Positions 30,506 to 32,000 of a stretch of 32,000 nt of DNA are shown here, piece by piece. The notes below the pieces were generated by a model. That model was not told where the DNA came from. It did not search any database and worked only from the letters and a program-made list of their open reading frames with translations. The translations under genes and the position numbers were made by a program. Positions within the stretch are counted from its first letter, which is position 1. Every line of letters begins with the position of its first letter. This DNA is from Raphidiopsis brookii D9 (lineage in GTDB: Bacteria > Cyanobacteriota > Cyanobacteriia > Cyanobacteriales > Nostocaceae), in contig ACYB01000042.1 in NCBI GenBank assembly GCA_000175855.1, positions 210,001-242,000 of the forward strand, given 5' to 3'.

Positions 30506-31365
30506 GCAATTACTGATTGAAAAACAGTGCTGTTGTCCACCCTGTACATAAACTCCTTAGCCAGCGCTATCATGGTTTCATGGACATCACCATATTTTTG
30601 TTTATAGGTTAACTGGTGGTCAAAATCCAATCCTTCAGCTATTTTCGATCTTTCTGGAATTTTGATCGTAAAAGTGGGAGGTAATAGAGGATTAACAGTA
30701 ATAAAATTCAAATTATGTGTTTGAGAGCTAGTACCATTATAGCGGGAGATTATGGTACCCATAGGAGTGATGTGATGGTCATATTCTTTTTTAAATAGTC
30801 TGAGTTTTTCCAGGAGTAATTCCAGACCATGAATTGACATGCGACTGGGTACACAGGGGATTAAACAAAAATCGCTAGCGTAGAAGGCACTTTTGATCAC
30901 AGTGTTGATGCTAGGTGGACAATCAATGAGAACATAGTCATATTGTTCTTTTAAGGGTGTAAGAATGTTATGTAAAATAGCTACAGCATTAGCTGGTAAG
31001 TACTCTTGAACATCAAATAGTCTGGGACTACTAGGAATTAAATGCAGACAGTTAAAAGAGTTTTTATTTCTGACATTAGAAACCTGGTCTTGAACAATGA
31101 ACCTTGTACTATGGGGTTTTTCCAGGAAGTAATCGACATTTTTCAGTAAGAAAGGTAGAGTTAAACCCTTTTGGTCATATTCCCACTCCCATACATCTTC
31201 CGACATCATAGCACTAGTGAGATTAGTTTGGGGATCCAAGTCAATCAGAAGCACCCGTTTGTCATATATGGTGTCACCTGCTAAATATTCTGCTAAGGTC
31301 ATTACTAGAGTGGTTTTACCCACTCCACCTTTGAGGTTACAGATACTAATTACTTTGGCAGTCAT
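30502..31365 (-). CDS. ParA-family ATPase (no adjacent ParB)
   Basis: CNLKGGVGKTTLVMTLAEYLA Walker A, VLLIDLDPQTNLT, YVLIDCPPS. Confidence 0.92.
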   Translation of the reverse strand: MTAKVISICNLKGGVGKTTLVMTLAEYLAGDTIYDKRVLLIDLDPQTNLTSAMMSEDVWEWEYDQKGLTLPFLLKNVDYFLEKPHSTRFIVQDQVSNVRNKNSFNCLHLIPSSPRLFDVQEYLPANAVAILHNILTPLKEQYDYVLIDCPPSINTVIKSAFYASDFCLIPCVPSRMSIHGLELLLEKLRLFKKEYDHHITPMGTIISRYNGTSSQTHNLNFITVNPLLPPTFTIKIPERSKIAEGLDFDHQLTYKQKYGDVHETMIALAKEFMYRVDNSTVFQSVIA

Positions 31366-31412
31366 AGTTTTTGGTAGATGGCTAGGTAGTCAATTATAGC
31401 GTTTCCTTACTT

Positions 31413-32000
31413 ATGGATAATCAGGAAAATAGTTGGCATGGAAAACTCGAGTTAGTCTATGCTCAACGCCAAAACTCCACCCAATTAATGTTCAGTCACA
31501 ATCAAGCACCCTTAAAAGTACAACGCCCTTTTTATCCAGAAGGTGAAAAAATATGTCACAGTGTGATTCTGCATACCGCTGGAGGTGTGGTAGCAGGCGA
31601 TCGCCTGAGTTCAAATATTCACTTACAATCGGAGACGGACGTACTAATAACCACAGCAGCTGCCAGTAAAATTTATCGGAGCAATGGATTGTATGCGAAA
31701 CAAACAGTAAGCATCAAAATAGATAGAGGATCATGTTTAGAATACCTACCTCAAGAGACAATAGTATTTAATGGTGGGAGATATAGACAAGACGTGCGGA
31801 TAGAATTAGGAGAAGGGAGTAGTTTTATAGGGTGGGAAATCAGTAGATTGGGGAGAACAGCAAGAGGGGAAAAATTCCTGGAAGGGGAAATGCTATCCCA
31901 CACAGAAATATGGCAAGGGGAAGTACCACTATGGATAGACAGACAACATATACCTGGTGGTGTAGAAGCATTTTACAACCCTCATAGTTTAAAAGGGAAC
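31413..32000 (+). CDS. ureD: Urease accessory protein UreD, 5' part, truncated by window end
   Basis: Open frame MDNQENSWHGKLELVYAQRQNSTQLMFSHNQAPLKVQRPFYPEGEKICHSVILHTAGGVVAGDRLSSNIHLQSETDVLITTAAASKIYRSNG... is typical UreD. Confidence 0.93.
   Translation, partial: MDNQENSWHGKLELVYAQRQNSTQLMFSHNQAPLKVQRPFYPEGEKICHSVILHTAGGVVAGDRLSSNIHLQSETDVLITTAAASKIYRSNGLYAKQTVSIKIDRGSCLEYLPQETIVFNGGRYRQDVRIELGEGSSFIGWEISRLGRTARGEKFLEGEMLSHTEIWQGEVPLWIDRQHIPGGVEAFYNPHSLKGN

Overview
The window is typical cyanobacterial chromosome, probably Nostocales (inferred from gene content and HIP1 GCGATCGC sites). Most of it is housekeeping genes: ycf51-like, iron-containing ADH, PLP aminotransferase, trpS, metF-like, a DivIVA-like gene/coaD, lgt, cobM, a very large Ser/Thr kinase-ATPase-GAF-histidine kinase, an asparaginase, tRNA-fMet, ribF, hemB, queC, a Gfo/Idh oxidoreductase, dedA, a ParM-like actin homologue with a small partner, a CPBP protease, DUF3326, a 2Fe-2S ferredoxin, a metallophosphoesterase, an orphan ParA and the 5' part of ureD. 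The most striking feature is a group II intron at about 19486-21749. Its flanks fold together into a tRNA-like cloverleaf: a 7-bp acceptor stem, a 5-bp anticodon stem, a CTCATAA loop and a 5-bp T stem. This suggests the intron splits a tRNA(CAU) gene inside the anticodon. The intron-encoded protein has YAHD in place of the RT motif YADD, and its HNH-like domain also looks altered. That is the pattern expected of a maturase-only, matK-like immobilised intron. Second points of interest are a chromosomal ParM/ParR-like pair and several single-base frameshifts, mostly in short A-runs, in otherwise well preserved genes.
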